A stretch of DNA of 64,000 nucleotides from Corallochytrium limacisporum Hawaii (lineage: Eukaryota > Protista > Pluriformea). This document shows, one piece after another, positions 9,923-20,078 of the stretch. The notes below the pieces were generated by a model. That model searched no databases. It saw only the letters and a program-made list of their open reading frames with translations, and had not been told where the DNA came from. The position numbers and the translations under genes are program-made. Within the stretch, counting starts at the first letter, position 1. The number at the start of each line of letters is the position of its first letter. The DNA lies in the NCBI GenBank assembly GCA_002811645.1, contig PDIP01000073.1:167524-231523 (forward strand), in the 5' to 3' direction.

Positions 9923-12331
9923 TCATTCTGCATGGCCAGTATCAGGGGAGAATGCAAACATGATGATGAAGATGACATAGGTAGAGAAGAGAACCGTTCC
10001 CTGGAAGTAGTTACTGGTTGAGTCCTGGTGTAGAAAATTGATGATGAATGCAGCGAACACAACGCTGAAGAACTGCAGGTCAGGAAAGATTAACACGAAG
10101 CTCTCGTGAGCAGGGAAGTCCAGGAACGCGCTGAATGCAACCAGAACAGGAATCTGCACCAGACAGACCTGGACTGCAATGCTGTTACCAATCTCAATGC
10201 TCAGATCAACCTGATTCTGCAACGCAAACTGTATGCCATTGATAATCTCTGCCACGTTCGGGATGACCGCGATCAAGGTGACACCAATGAAGACCTCGGA
10301 GACACCGAGGATCTCTACTACGGGTTGCAGCTTGCTCACCATGGCCTCAGCAATGAAACTGAAGGCCAGGGTAGCCGAGAGCAGCACTCCGTAAGCGACC
10401 GGTTTGCTCCACTCTGGGACGTGGTGGCCGTTGTGGCCGTCTCCATCACCGCTGTTGTTATCATCACTGTCGTGGATGTGAGCATGGGTCTTCAGCGTAA
10501 ACACGAGACCGACTATGTACGTTATCGGCAGGCAGAGGGCTACAGCATACTCCATGGGCAAAAAATGATCCGTGAAGAACTGGTTGTCATCAATCACCGG
10601 CACATATCTGCAGTCTGTGCAGTCGACCGAGATCTGGGTCGGTTTACCCAGTGCAGTATTGTCGCAAAACCCACACTGCAGATCATAACTTCCATAGATT
10701 TTGTAGAATAAAGAGGGCGCATAACCGCCCGCAACGGACACAAACAAAAGTACTGCATTGACAGAGGCAGATCGTGGATTCAGGTACTGTTCCTTGAACT
10801 TGAGACCACCGATGATCATGCACAAACCAGGCACCAACAACATGGTACCCAACAAGGATCCCGTCAGAGCACTTTGCACTAATTGAACGTGCTTCTGCGT
10901 GTTCTGGCGCAGGGCACTGATATAAAGAACAATTTCCACAATCGACCCGAAACTGGCGTTTAGGATGGCACCCGTTGTGAAATTCGACTGGGCGCTGATC
11001 AGGGCAATAGCCAGACCAATATAGTGAGCCAGTGGGATCGCACATGCCGTACAGAGTAGGAACACCGCAAAGTCGTTGTTAATGTCAAAGCCTGGCACAT
11101 AGCAGATTAGAAGCGTTACAAGGACAAGGGCAATCTGGTTCAGCATGATCACATTCACACCCGCGTACTTGTACTTGTAGAAATTAATGTTGGAAGCCCG
11201 TTCTAAGACCATCTTCAAGCACAGGCACCGATCCTGGGACTCTGCCTCTTCCGCATACGCACAGACATGGATGCCCGTTGGATCCATAGTCATCAGCCGC
11301 AGGCCTGTTCGGAACTCACGGCACACGGGGATGTATACTACAGACAGCCATGTGACTGCCATGATCAACATGTGCCACGGAGCCAGAAGCACGCATGCAA
11401 AGAAGCACCACAGCGATCGACCGACCAAGTTGCTCTTATCCTTTAGTCCAATTGGAGACTTACGATTGCGTGCGACAATCAGAGGGGTATACTCATTAAA
11501 GGACCCATTACTGCTAGTGGAACCCATGGATTGAATCGATCCGCGCGGCTTACACACTCGAATGTAGACGGCCCGATCGAAGGGCCAGAGGTAGAACTGC
11601 GCAAGACGAACGATGTGTGTACAGCTTCGTGTGTCTACCAACGCAAGGAAGGGTACCGGAATCATGTACAGCAGGAACGTCGGCAGTCCAAACAGACAGA
11701 GATAAAAGAAATTACCGAAACTATGCGTGATGGGGATCTTCTCCTCCTCGTGCTTGACCTGCACATCGTCGTAAAGACGCCTGACTTCCCTACTGCGTTC
11801 GCTCAAGGGTCTGCGCGTCAGATGACCCTTCCAGCGCTTGAAACCAAACATCCTATTCTGCTCAGCCCTGCGTTCCTCCAGACGGTCAACGGATTGTCTC
11901 TGTGCAACTTCCTCGTCCAGTGGCATTGAATTGGATCTGACTAGCTCATCCCTAGCCACATTAAGAGCACTGTCAGATCCCCGATTATAGGTCGCACTCG
12001 GCAGTCCTGCAACGCCGCAGAAGGAGTAGTTTTGAACTAGATGACCAGGTGGGTGTGGTGCATTTGGATGCTGACGGTGCTGCCACATCAGCTGACCAAT
12101 TGGTGTCGGTGAATGGGGTGCGTGACTGGAGTCCAAGGGCCGAGTGTTGGGACTAATCGGGGGTGTGCCATGAGGTGCATCACTTGGTCCCATGGGTCGA
12201 TCGTAAGGACTGACCGGGGGCGTTAAGGTAATGCTGGTGGTGGACACTGGCCTGTCCCCGGCAAGGTTGGGCCTTTGGCGTGCTGACTGGCCGGTTCCGC
12301 CGGACAACTTTGAAGGACCTGCACGTACCAT
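9923..12331 (-). CDS. VNX1: Type II CAX / VNX1-like vacuolar cation:H+ exchanger
   Basis: Two CaCA alpha-repeats (GAILNASFGSIVEI and PNVAEIINGIQFA...SIEIGNS) plus an N-terminal YccF-like segment (GNFFYLCLFG...FYLWPF). First ATG is at 12331; the ORF track starts at a TTG. Confidence 0.9.
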   Translation of the reverse strand: MVRAGPSKLSGGTGQSARQRPNLAGDRPVSTTSITLTPPVSPYDRPMGPSDAPHGTPPISPNTRPLDSSHAPHSPTPIGQLMWQHRQHPNAPHPPGHLVQNYSFCGVAGLPSATYNRGSDSALNVARDELVRSNSMPLDEEVAQRQSVDRLEERRAEQNRMFGFKRWKGHLTRRPLSERSREVRRLYDDVQVKHEEEKIPITHSFGNFFYLCLFGLPTFLLYMIPVPFLALVDTRSCTHIVRLAQFYLWPFDRAVYIRVCKPRGSIQSMGSTSSNGSFNEYTPLIVARNRKSPIGLKDKSNLVGRSLWCFFACVLLAPWHMLIMAVTWLSVVYIPVCREFRTGLRLMTMDPTGIHVCAYAEEAESQDRCLCLKMVLERASNINFYKYKYAGVNVIMLNQIALVLVTLLICYVPGFDINNDFAVFLLCTACAIPLAHYIGLAIALISAQSNFTTGAILNASFGSIVEIVLYISALRQNTQKHVQLVQSALTGSLLGTMLLVPGLCMIIGGLKFKEQYLNPRSASVNAVLLFVSVAGGYAPSLFYKIYGSYDLQCGFCDNTALGKPTQISVDCTDCRYVPVIDDNQFFTDHFLPMEYAVALCLPITYIVGLVFTLKTHAHIHDSDDNNSGDGDGHNGHHVPEWSKPVAYGVLLSATLAFSFIAEAMVSKLQPVVEILGVSEVFIGVTLIAVIPNVAEIINGIQFALQNQVDLSIEIGNSIAVQVCLVQIPVLVAFSAFLDFPAHESFVLIFPDLQFFSVVFAAFIINFLHQDSTSNYFQGTVLFSTYVIFIIMFAFSPDTGHAE

Positions 12332-13355
12332 GGTTATTGATATGCCCGCCAATAGGAACTACTTTTTTCTAGGTTAGAGCCTTTGATAGATCTCTTAAGG
12401 AGGCTTCAACAGGAGGTATTCCCTAAGCATCTCAGGTTTGATCTGTAATATTCAGTTCGCTTCACTAAAGCTTACTAAGAAAGGGAAGTTGGATCATCTG
12501 AGCCTTGAGGATGGTTGCCCCTTCTCAAATATCTTCAATGAGATGAAATCTGTTGCCAAGGCCTAACCCACACCAACGCACACGTCTCTCACATGAATCA
12601 ACGCGGGGTTCGCAACTCGGGGTTCACCCCTTGCGGACGTCACAAAGGCACGACAGGCGCTTCAGGGGAGGTTGTGTACTGGGTCCCCCCGTTTTTCCCT
12701 GAAGGCAGACCGACGCGACGAAGACCACCCGTGCCAAACATACAAAGGGACCCAAAAAAAATGGAAAGGGAGTTAAAAAAAAAGCCAACAGCTCTCGAGC
12801 TCGTCTTGGATAGCGAGTGATGACGAATCTACAACCCCTCCCCCCGGGGGTTCTACTTATTTTTGGAAGCAATTTGTTAACCTCACCGGCCTTTCCCCGA
12901 GGGCTCGGGAGTGAATCTGGTACCTACGAGATCTATATGTCCCTTCCCACCCTATTTACGCAAAGGCAGTACGTTTTATATTACGCTTTTCTAGTGCAAT
13001 TTCACAATGTGCGTCATTTTATGCAGGGCCTTTCCTGACCATCCTGCGCGGCGACGAGGAGAACCGTTTCAATGCGTCCCGCGACCGTGGGTGGGAGCCG
13101 CTGGAAACGGGCGCAGACAGTCGTCTGTGAAGAAATTCGAGCCACCAAATCCTTCGGACTCGCCCTGTACTTTCAGTACGCCCACCAACGCGAGACAAGG
13201 GCTGGCCGGGAAGGGAAAAGAGGAGCTTGAGGTTGGCGGGGCGGGGGATCCTAGGGGAGGACTCGCAGTCCCAGGACGGACCGCGCTGCAAATGATGTGC
13301 ATCTCTGCCATGCCAAATTCGGCACCCTTGGGCACCCTCGAGGGTGCGTATGTGC

Positions 13356-13360
<5 letters not shown>

Positions 13361-13424
<64 letters not shown>
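13361..13424 (+). repeat. (TG)n microsatellite
   Basis: About 32 perfect TG units. Confidence 0.98.
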
Positions 13425-13430
<6 letters not shown>

Positions 13431-13684
13431 CGCAGCAAAAAGCCTAAGGATCATTCGCGTGAATAATTCAGCCAATGTGCCAAAACCGAGGTTTCAGTAT
13501 AACACCCGTGAAGAAAGCTTATGCAAAAACGTTTGTGGCCCGGTTGGTTTTCATTTTTTCCTTTTTCTTTTTTTTTTGGTGCCAGGGTGCTTAGGAGAGG
13601 GTAAACTAAGGAGCCATGCGAAGCGATAGAGGCGGGGAGACGAATGAGTACACACCCGCAAGTCTCCGACAGCCCTGTGCAGGG

Positions 13685-13747
13685 CTACCGCCCAAGGCCT
13701 ACCGCCCAAGGCCTACCGCCCAAGGCCTACCGCCCAAGGCCTACCGC
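13685..13747 (+). repeat. 14-bp minisatellite CTACCGCCCAAGGC x4.5
   Basis: Four perfect head-to-tail units plus CTACCGC. Confidence 0.95.
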
Positions 13748-14486
13748 AATGCAACGGTTTTGCAAGATTCGGGGAATCGTACAGGTGTTTGATCGATAGC
13801 GGCGTTTGCAAGTGAGACATCAACCCACATTGCTTTGTGTGTGTGTGCAGTCCTTGAAGACGAAAGATCCGAGGACCTGATGATCATGGTGATACTGATG
13901 ACGATGATGCTCCTGGATGCTGCAGCACCGAACGATAGTTTGTCTATGCCAGCGCGGGATTCAGCCCAGTGCTCGTACGCCCAAAACACATGGGTCTCAA
14001 AATCCTTCGGAGGCGGATATCTGATCCATCTCTTGGCCCATTGGGGGGGGGGAATTTTTGCCAGTCCATTGTCCACCAAAAACTCTCTTGGCACAAAAAA
14101 AATACCAAGCTGGTGCTGTGCGCCAGGACAGAGTGAAAAAAGGTGGAAAGAAAGTGTCCCCCCCCCTTCTCCTCCCGGCCTTCCTTTTCCTCCTTTTTTT
14201 TTTTTTTGGTGCCTGGCAGGGGGGGGGAGACGGCGCGGTGGGTTTGTTTGACCTCCCCGCAGTCGGTTGGCGCGCACGGTGATTGGACGCTTGGACAGGT
14301 GCGGCCGCATCCAACCCAAGGAGAAGGTGCACATGCCATAGGCGCCGTACTGAGAGCCTCCTACGTGATCTCTTTAGATATTTGTGACCGACCACTCGCA
14401 AGTGAATCGTAAGCACGGAAACTACGGATTGATGCTCGACGCGCTCAGGGCTACAGAATTGAGCGTTGGGACCAGAGGCTTTTAAT

Positions 14487-15161
14487 ATGCAGGGTCTCAA
14501 CATCCCCGACAAGGCCAACATTGCACTCTGTGCCGCGTTCATTGCCCTGGTCTTTTCTGCAGGAATACATCTACTGTTTTTGGGTGGCGCGGGATCCACA
14601 TTCGGGGCGTATCTGGTCGCACTGAGCTCGTTCCATTTCTTTGAGTTCCTGGTACAGGCCATCTACAACGAGAAGCTGACTTCGTCGGAGTCTTTCTTGC
14701 TCAACCACAGTACAGCGTATCACATTGCTGCTGTGGTCAGCTGGACCGAGTTTTTTGTAGAGCTTTGGTTCTTTCCGTGGTTAAAAACATTTTGGCCGCT
14801 GCAGATTACCGGGGTGGTGGTCGTGGTGGCGGCAGACATTGTGCGCAAAGGATCTATGGTCCATGCAGAGCACAATTTTACACACATTGTTCAGGATAAA
14901 AAGCGTGACGATCACAAGTTGGTGACCACCGGAATCTACAGCTATTGCAGACATCCATCGTATGCAGGTTTCTTCTGGTGGAGTGTGGGCACCCAGATCT
15001 TGCTAGCGAATCCCATCTGTGTCCTTGCTTATGGATACACGAGCTGGAATTTTTTTGACGATCGGATAAAAGAAGAGGAGTCACACTTGGCGCGCTTTTT
15101 CGGACTGGAATACTTGCGCTATCGGGATCAGGTTAGCTCTGGAGTACCTTTTATCAAGTAG
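14487..15161 (+). CDS. ICMT: Protein-S-isoprenylcysteine O-methyltransferase (Ste14)
   Basis: SFLLNHS, NFTHIVQ..K..DHKLVTTGIYSYCRHPSYAGFFWWSVGTQILLANP, FFDDRIKEEE..L..FFG.EY and a GVPFI C-terminus. First ATG is at 14487. Confidence 0.97.
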   Translation: MQGLNIPDKANIALCAAFIALVFSAGIHLLFLGGAGSTFGAYLVALSSFHFFEFLVQAIYNEKLTSSESFLLNHSTAYHIAAVVSWTEFFVELWFFPWLKTFWPLQITGVVVVVAADIVRKGSMVHAEHNFTHIVQDKKRDDHKLVTTGIYSYCRHPSYAGFFWWSVGTQILLANPICVLAYGYTSWNFFDDRIKEEESHLARFFGLEYLRYRDQVSSGVPFIK

Positions 15162-15186
15162 AGAATGTAATCCGAAAAGAAGCTAA

Positions 15187-16977
15187 ATGCAGTTCAGATT
15201 TAAAGTACAAGGTATGCGTTCTGTAGAGGACCGTAGTGGAGCCTTTCACACGCAGTACGTGATAGAAATGCTTCTGTTTGACTCAGATAAAGTGAATCCT
15301 CGAACGCCACAAGCGAGTGCCTATGGCCGGCTCTTGGGCAATGAGAACACCACACGGCATCCTGGTGATCCCAGTGGAGATGTCTGGGTGAGACGCTACA
15401 GCATCTACCGAAGGTACAAACAGATCCGCAAGCTGCACCAACACCTGGTGAAACATTTTCCGGAGTGCGCATGTGCCACTGCAGATTTTCCCGTGAAGAT
15501 TCCCTTCGGAGGTAATATCAAAGTTGTGGGCCTGAGTCGTATGGAAGCATTCCAGAAGTACTTCGATCTCCTGAGCGGGTGTAGTGATGTATTGCAGGAG
15601 AGCATTGCTGTGCGGCATTGGCTAGAGGCTGTTTACAAAATCAATTGCCTACATCGCACATCGGTGTTGTGTTATCTATGCAGTAAACAGGGACGGACAC
15701 TGCTTTCCTGTCCCGCGACATACACTGTGGACCAGAACGGGACTCTGTGGCTCCAATGGCGGTGCCGGGAGCACGGAAGTCAGCGACACATCGTGGCCCA
15801 GAGTGCGAACGACTGGCTCAAGACGCATCACTATTTCACCATTCCGCGGAGCCTGAACATCATTATTCGAGGGGATCGCAATCCCGCGGTACGCACGATT
15901 GTGTTAGGGAAGGATGAAGGGAGCTGGAACTCTGCTTTGTCCTCAGTCAATTCATCTGTCCACAAAGTTGTGTGCTCTGATCCGGAGAGAGTCGTACAGA
16001 TGAGTGATCATCTGCTGGAAGTCCTTAAGCAGGAACCGAAAAGTGTCATCCCTGTGATCGTGGAGGGCACTATTGGTAGCTTAAGAAACTTAGCTGCCTA
16101 CGAGCAAACCTGTCTTCTAAATCGCCGAGTGTACCCATCACTCCTGCTTGACATCGATGCAGACACAGATGTAGAAATCATCATTTCGGAACTGAAGTCC
16201 CTACTAGCTCATCTGCGCACCATCACCAAGCTGAGGGTACTGATCCATGCTGTCCTACATGTGGTGGAAACGGAGATTGTCGGTCCTGTCATTGCTTCAC
16301 TGATGAAGTACGTGAATAGCGAGATACCTCTGATCCGGTGCTTTGTTATCGGTCTCAAGCACGACCCTCTGCGGCACCTACGACTGCAACGGAGCCAGAG
16401 AGAGGTTGTCAATGCATCCTTTGATACCCTGGCAATGATCCGCAGCATAGGGAAAGCCCTGCCCTATGAATTGAAACCCGACGACTTCCGGCCGCTACAG
16501 TATATGCAAATGGCGGCGCCCTTACTGTCCGTGCTGAAATGGGGCGAGTTGAACTTTAATATCTGCCCGCATCAGGCCATCGGTACTGTATTATACAAGG
16601 CCTCGTCATCTACCGGCGAAGTGGTCCCAATGACAAAGTACATTGACGTAGACGTCCTGCGGGATCATCTCTATAAGTCACTGGACGATCTGCGAGAGGA
16701 TAGCCCGTCAACATCGTCCGTGCTATCCCTTCTCTCCACATACAACCAAGCATTCGGAAAATCAATGCTCAAGAAGCACCGACCGAACGTCTTCCGCTTC
16801 CTCAGCTCCGAGGGCTATCGTCAAGATGCGCTGAACTTTAGCAAGCGTCTACAGTACATTGTGGTGCGGCGGGAAGCCACAGCGCTGAATAACCCAGACG
16901 CGGAATGCATTGGATGGCCGGACATGGAGGATCCAGAACATGCTCGGCTCTATGACATCATTCACGGTCACAGATAA
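15187..16977 (+). CDS. PX-domain protein fused to a degenerate Tes/GDGT-MAS (MJ0619-family) radical-SAM-like region
   Basis: aa ~1-148 form a PX domain (TQYVIE, IYRRYKQIRKLHQHL..HFP, FPVK, R.EAFQKYF..L). aa 156-197 (TSVLCYLC...PA....NG.LWL.WRCREHG) match the Tes N-terminal CxxC...CxxHG site. DDFRPL and CPH.A.GT.LY......VVPMTKYIDVD match the Tes C-terminal half. No CX3CX2C motif. Confidence 0.7.
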   Translation: MQFRFKVQGMRSVEDRSGAFHTQYVIEMLLFDSDKVNPRTPQASAYGRLLGNENTTRHPGDPSGDVWVRRYSIYRRYKQIRKLHQHLVKHFPECACATADFPVKIPFGGNIKVVGLSRMEAFQKYFDLLSGCSDVLQESIAVRHWLEAVYKINCLHRTSVLCYLCSKQGRTLLSCPATYTVDQNGTLWLQWRCREHGSQRHIVAQSANDWLKTHHYFTIPRSLNIIIRGDRNPAVRTIVLGKDEGSWNSALSSVNSSVHKVVCSDPERVVQMSDHLLEVLKQEPKSVIPVIVEGTIGSLRNLAAYEQTCLLNRRVYPSLLLDIDADTDVEIIISELKSLLAHLRTITKLRVLIHAVLHVVETEIVGPVIASLMKYVNSEIPLIRCFVIGLKHDPLRHLRLQRSQREVVNASFDTLAMIRSIGKALPYELKPDDFRPLQYMQMAAPLLSVLKWGELNFNICPHQAIGTVLYKASSSTGEVVPMTKYIDVDVLRDHLYKSLDDLREDSPSTSSVLSLLSTYNQAFGKSMLKKHRPNVFRFLSSEGYRQDALNFSKRLQYIVVRREATALNNPDAECIGWPDMEDPEHARLYDIIHGHR

Positions 16978-17063
16978 CGCGAATAGTGAGCCATGCGGAA
17001 GCAAATACGTGTATCATAAGAACGTCACCAATACTACTATTTTACATATGCTTTTGTCGTGCA

Positions 17064-17546
17064 TCATGCTGATTCGTCCAGCGTAAGCTCAAAGCTACAT
17101 GCTGGCAATTCCGAGAGTTCTGCCCGCACCACCGCATTGTAGCGCAAAGCAAATAGTACGCCTCGGATGATACCACACGGCAGCGCCAGGAGTGAAGCCG
17201 CTTCCTCAATGTACTGCCGTCCCGTGGCCAGGGGTATGAAGAGGCTGAGATCGTTGTCCTGGAGAACGTACGTGCCCTTGTGGTTGGTGCGCAGATTATC
17301 GATGGGTTTGTTGAAACAAGTTTGCCATACATCGCGACAGATAAGTTTAATGCACTCCAGTTGGTTCATAGTGGATGGCCGGTTGAGTGACAGTTTCTGT
17401 GCCAAACTAAGTCCCACCTTGTAACCCATATATTCTAGTTTCGAGTACGCTAGATCTCTTGTGTCAGTTGTCACACTGTTGGCAATAAGCTTCACACACT
17501 CCGTGTGAAACACTTGGAAGAGCACATCTGTAGGTCTTGCGTCCAT
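17064..17546 (-). CDS. TRAPPC6: TRAPP complex subunit 6 / Trs33 (Bet3 family)
   Basis: KLEYMGYKVG..L, IKLICRDVW...F.KPIDNLRTNHKGTYVLQDN, PCGIIRG, LPACSF. Confidence 0.96.
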   Translation of the reverse strand: MDARPTDVLFQVFHTECVKLIANSVTTDTRDLAYSKLEYMGYKVGLSLAQKLSLNRPSTMNQLECIKLICRDVWQTCFNKPIDNLRTNHKGTYVLQDNDLSLFIPLATGRQYIEEAASLLALPCGIIRGVLFALRYNAVVRAELSELPACSFELTLDESA

Positions 17547-18270
17547 AATTGTTAACTTTCCGTTTCTTCGGATCTGGTGCCTTCACTCTGTTCGGATCCG
17601 ATGCCTTCACTAACTCCTTTTGTTTTCGAGATCTCTCAGTGCGCATTATTCGCACAGCATGGAAGAGTAAAGACACGTTCTGTTCATATTAATTACACCA
17701 ATTATAGAGAACATACGGTCCAAATTTCTACTGTTTCAAGAACCCGTTCTGATTACCATACCCGTGTTGTTCAAAAACAAAGTCCGTACGCGCCCCAGCA
17801 GGGCACTAAAGGCAGACACCTGGAAAGATCGAGAGACCAGGGGACCCCCTCGCCCGCCCTCCCGCCTTTCTGTGCGGGACGAGATGCCAATGTCCAATCG
17901 AGGAGAATTGGATTTCCTTCTCCCTCCCCCCCTCACACAGCTCCCAGCCCGACAAGGACTCACCCGAGGATCTATGACCAGTCCCTCTTCCGGGGGAGGA
18001 CTTCATCGTGTACAGTTTCTACTGAACTGGTTCTTCTTATGAGAGAACACTAGGCTGACGTTAAGTGGGATTGATTCTTACGGCGAACCTGCGACAATGT
18101 TCGTCGCCGCGCCTTGAGTTCAACGCATTGCCCTACATTAAGCAGCAGTACTATTAAACGAAACATACTATCCATGAATGACATCTTGGTCAAGGAGTAT
18201 CATCTGCAGAACCTGAGAGAAATTTCCATAGAGATAGCTTCGAAGCAGAACGGTTTGGCGCTAGAAGAAG

Positions 18271-19224
18271 ATGGCTTTGTCTGTGTCTCCTCGGAATAGT
18301 CAGGGATCATGGGGGGAGCAGGAGGCACCATTACCTAGGCGCCTCTCGACTTTTGAGATCTCACCACGGAATTCAGTTTCATTTGCCGGAAGTTCCATAA
18401 GTGTGGGCGGGTACCCGAATCCGACTGGAGTATCTACACGGATGGGCAAAGCCAGAAGCGACTGGGTGGACTGGGCCGCTGCTACTGTGTTGGTAGTTAC
18501 GGTCAGTATAATCTGCAAGCTTGTGCCCACTATCTACCGAAAATATCCACAGATGCTCGAGGGTACAGATGATAATGTAATTGGGTATCAGTATAACGAG
18601 GATACCGTCAGCGTCGTCAACCTATTCCTGATTATCATCCTTGGGCCCCTCCTGACCTTCGGCAGTTGCTATTATTTCCGCCACAAGAACAGTCAGGAGT
18701 ACCATGACATCTCACTGGCATTCTACGAAGGCCTTAGCCTAGTAATCTCTGTGACGGAGATCCTGAAAAAACTGGGCGGCCGATTGCGGCCGGATTTCGC
18801 ACAGCGGCTACAATCGGGTGATGCGTCAGTCATTGCGGAAGGTCATCTCAGCTTCCCTTCGGGTCATGCATCTATGAGTTTCTACGCGTATGTAATGATC
18901 AGTCTCTACCTTGCCGGTACATTTCACGTCTGGGGTCGGGTCAGGCAGCCGTTCTGGAAATTTGTGCTCACGACGTTCCCGCCGATGGTGGTGCCAGGTT
19001 TCATCAGTTTTACACGGGTATGGGATAATCGGCATAACTACGATGACATCCTGGCCGGGGCTTTGATTGGGAGCGTGATTGCTTTCATGGCATACCACCG
19101 ACACTTCCACTTCATTCTCGATCCGAATGTGTCAGGATTCAGGCGCTTTGTGGACAAGGAGAGCCTGTTGCAGGAAGGGGAAGTCAACGCTCCCCTGCTT
19201 GTGCCTTCGGACGACAATGTGTAG
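18271..19224 (+). CDS. PAP2-superfamily lipid phosphate phosphatase (Dpp1/Lpp1/PLPP-like)
   Basis: All three catalytic motifs: KKLGGRLRP, SFPSGH and TRVWDNRHNYDD. About six hydrophobic segments. Confidence 0.95.
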   Translation: MALSVSPRNSQGSWGEQEAPLPRRLSTFEISPRNSVSFAGSSISVGGYPNPTGVSTRMGKARSDWVDWAAATVLVVTVSIICKLVPTIYRKYPQMLEGTDDNVIGYQYNEDTVSVVNLFLIIILGPLLTFGSCYYFRHKNSQEYHDISLAFYEGLSLVISVTEILKKLGGRLRPDFAQRLQSGDASVIAEGHLSFPSGHASMSFYAYVMISLYLAGTFHVWGRVRQPFWKFVLTTFPPMVVPGFISFTRVWDNRHNYDDILAGALIGSVIAFMAYHRHFHFILDPNVSGFRRFVDKESLLQEGEVNAPLLVPSDDNV

Positions 19225-19366
19225 ATCCATCCACAAAGAAAATTTTCAAAACGCATACAGTGATTAAAGAATGTCAACGCATTTCAAATAGGTACATGTC
19301 GCTTTAAGGGTGTATACTGGATCTTTGCGTGAAGGCAGAGATATTAGCCGTTGATAGATCCTTTAC

Positions 19367-20078
19367 TTACTCGTCATCATCCTTGCCAGTATCCTTCCAG
19401 TCTTTCTTGATGGCAAAGGACCAGTCCCAGGCCAGGTGCACGTTCTTGTCATCATCAATGAATTTGCTCTTGACTGTGTAGGTGCCACGGGCCAGCATGC
19501 CGGCGGGAGCTTCCTCAACGGCGCCTTTGTAGGTGTACGGTTCTTTGCGAGGACCGTAGCTGCCGACCATGTACTCGCTCTTGTCCACACGGACACCCTT
19601 GCGATAGACTACCTGCAAATACTTCAGACCGGAAACGATCTCCCGTTGGACCCGGAACTGGATGTTCAATTGATACTCACAGCCTTCCTTGATGATAAAT
19701 CGCTTGTCTTTAAGGTTCTTGTCGTTGTGGGCATCTGTATAATTGCAAAGGAAAGATAATAGTCATAGGTGCAAGTCAGTATGGTTAGTTATCCTGTTTT
19801 CATGCTAAGCCAAAAGGAAAACAAAATGTCCCCGTGTGATACTTACTTCCTAGGTCGAGCTCAATATCATCCCGGTCCTCAGCCTGCAGGATCAGCTTCT
19901 CGCCAATGAAGCAGCGAGTGTCGTTGGGGTCAGAGTCAGCCTGTTCGGAGAGCAGTGACGCCTTCCATTTGTTCAATGCTTCGTCATCAGCATCGAGGTT
20001 CTTCAGTGTATCCAGGTCAACCTTCTTGGGCGCGACGTATCCGGGGGTCTCCTCGGGGAGCTCCTCAGCCTCAGGCAT
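19367..20078 (-). CDS. ARHGDI: Rho GDP-dissociation inhibitor, two exons (20078-19847 and 19734-19367), 199 aa
   Basis: [16 protein letters not shown] in exon 1. [37 protein letters not shown] and W.F.IKKDW in exon 2. Intron 19735-19846 (GTAAGT...ACTAAC...TACAG) joins the two exons in frame. Confidence 0.96.

Noticed and set aside
13685-13747. Short direct repeats as a possible CRISPR array
   Set aside because: Units are contiguous with no spacers and only 14 bp, the context is eukaryotic, and there are no cas genes.
15187-16977. Calling the PX fusion an active radical SAM enzyme
   Set aside because: There is no CX3CX2C motif anywhere in the protein. Only the N-terminal Cys3His-like site is retained.
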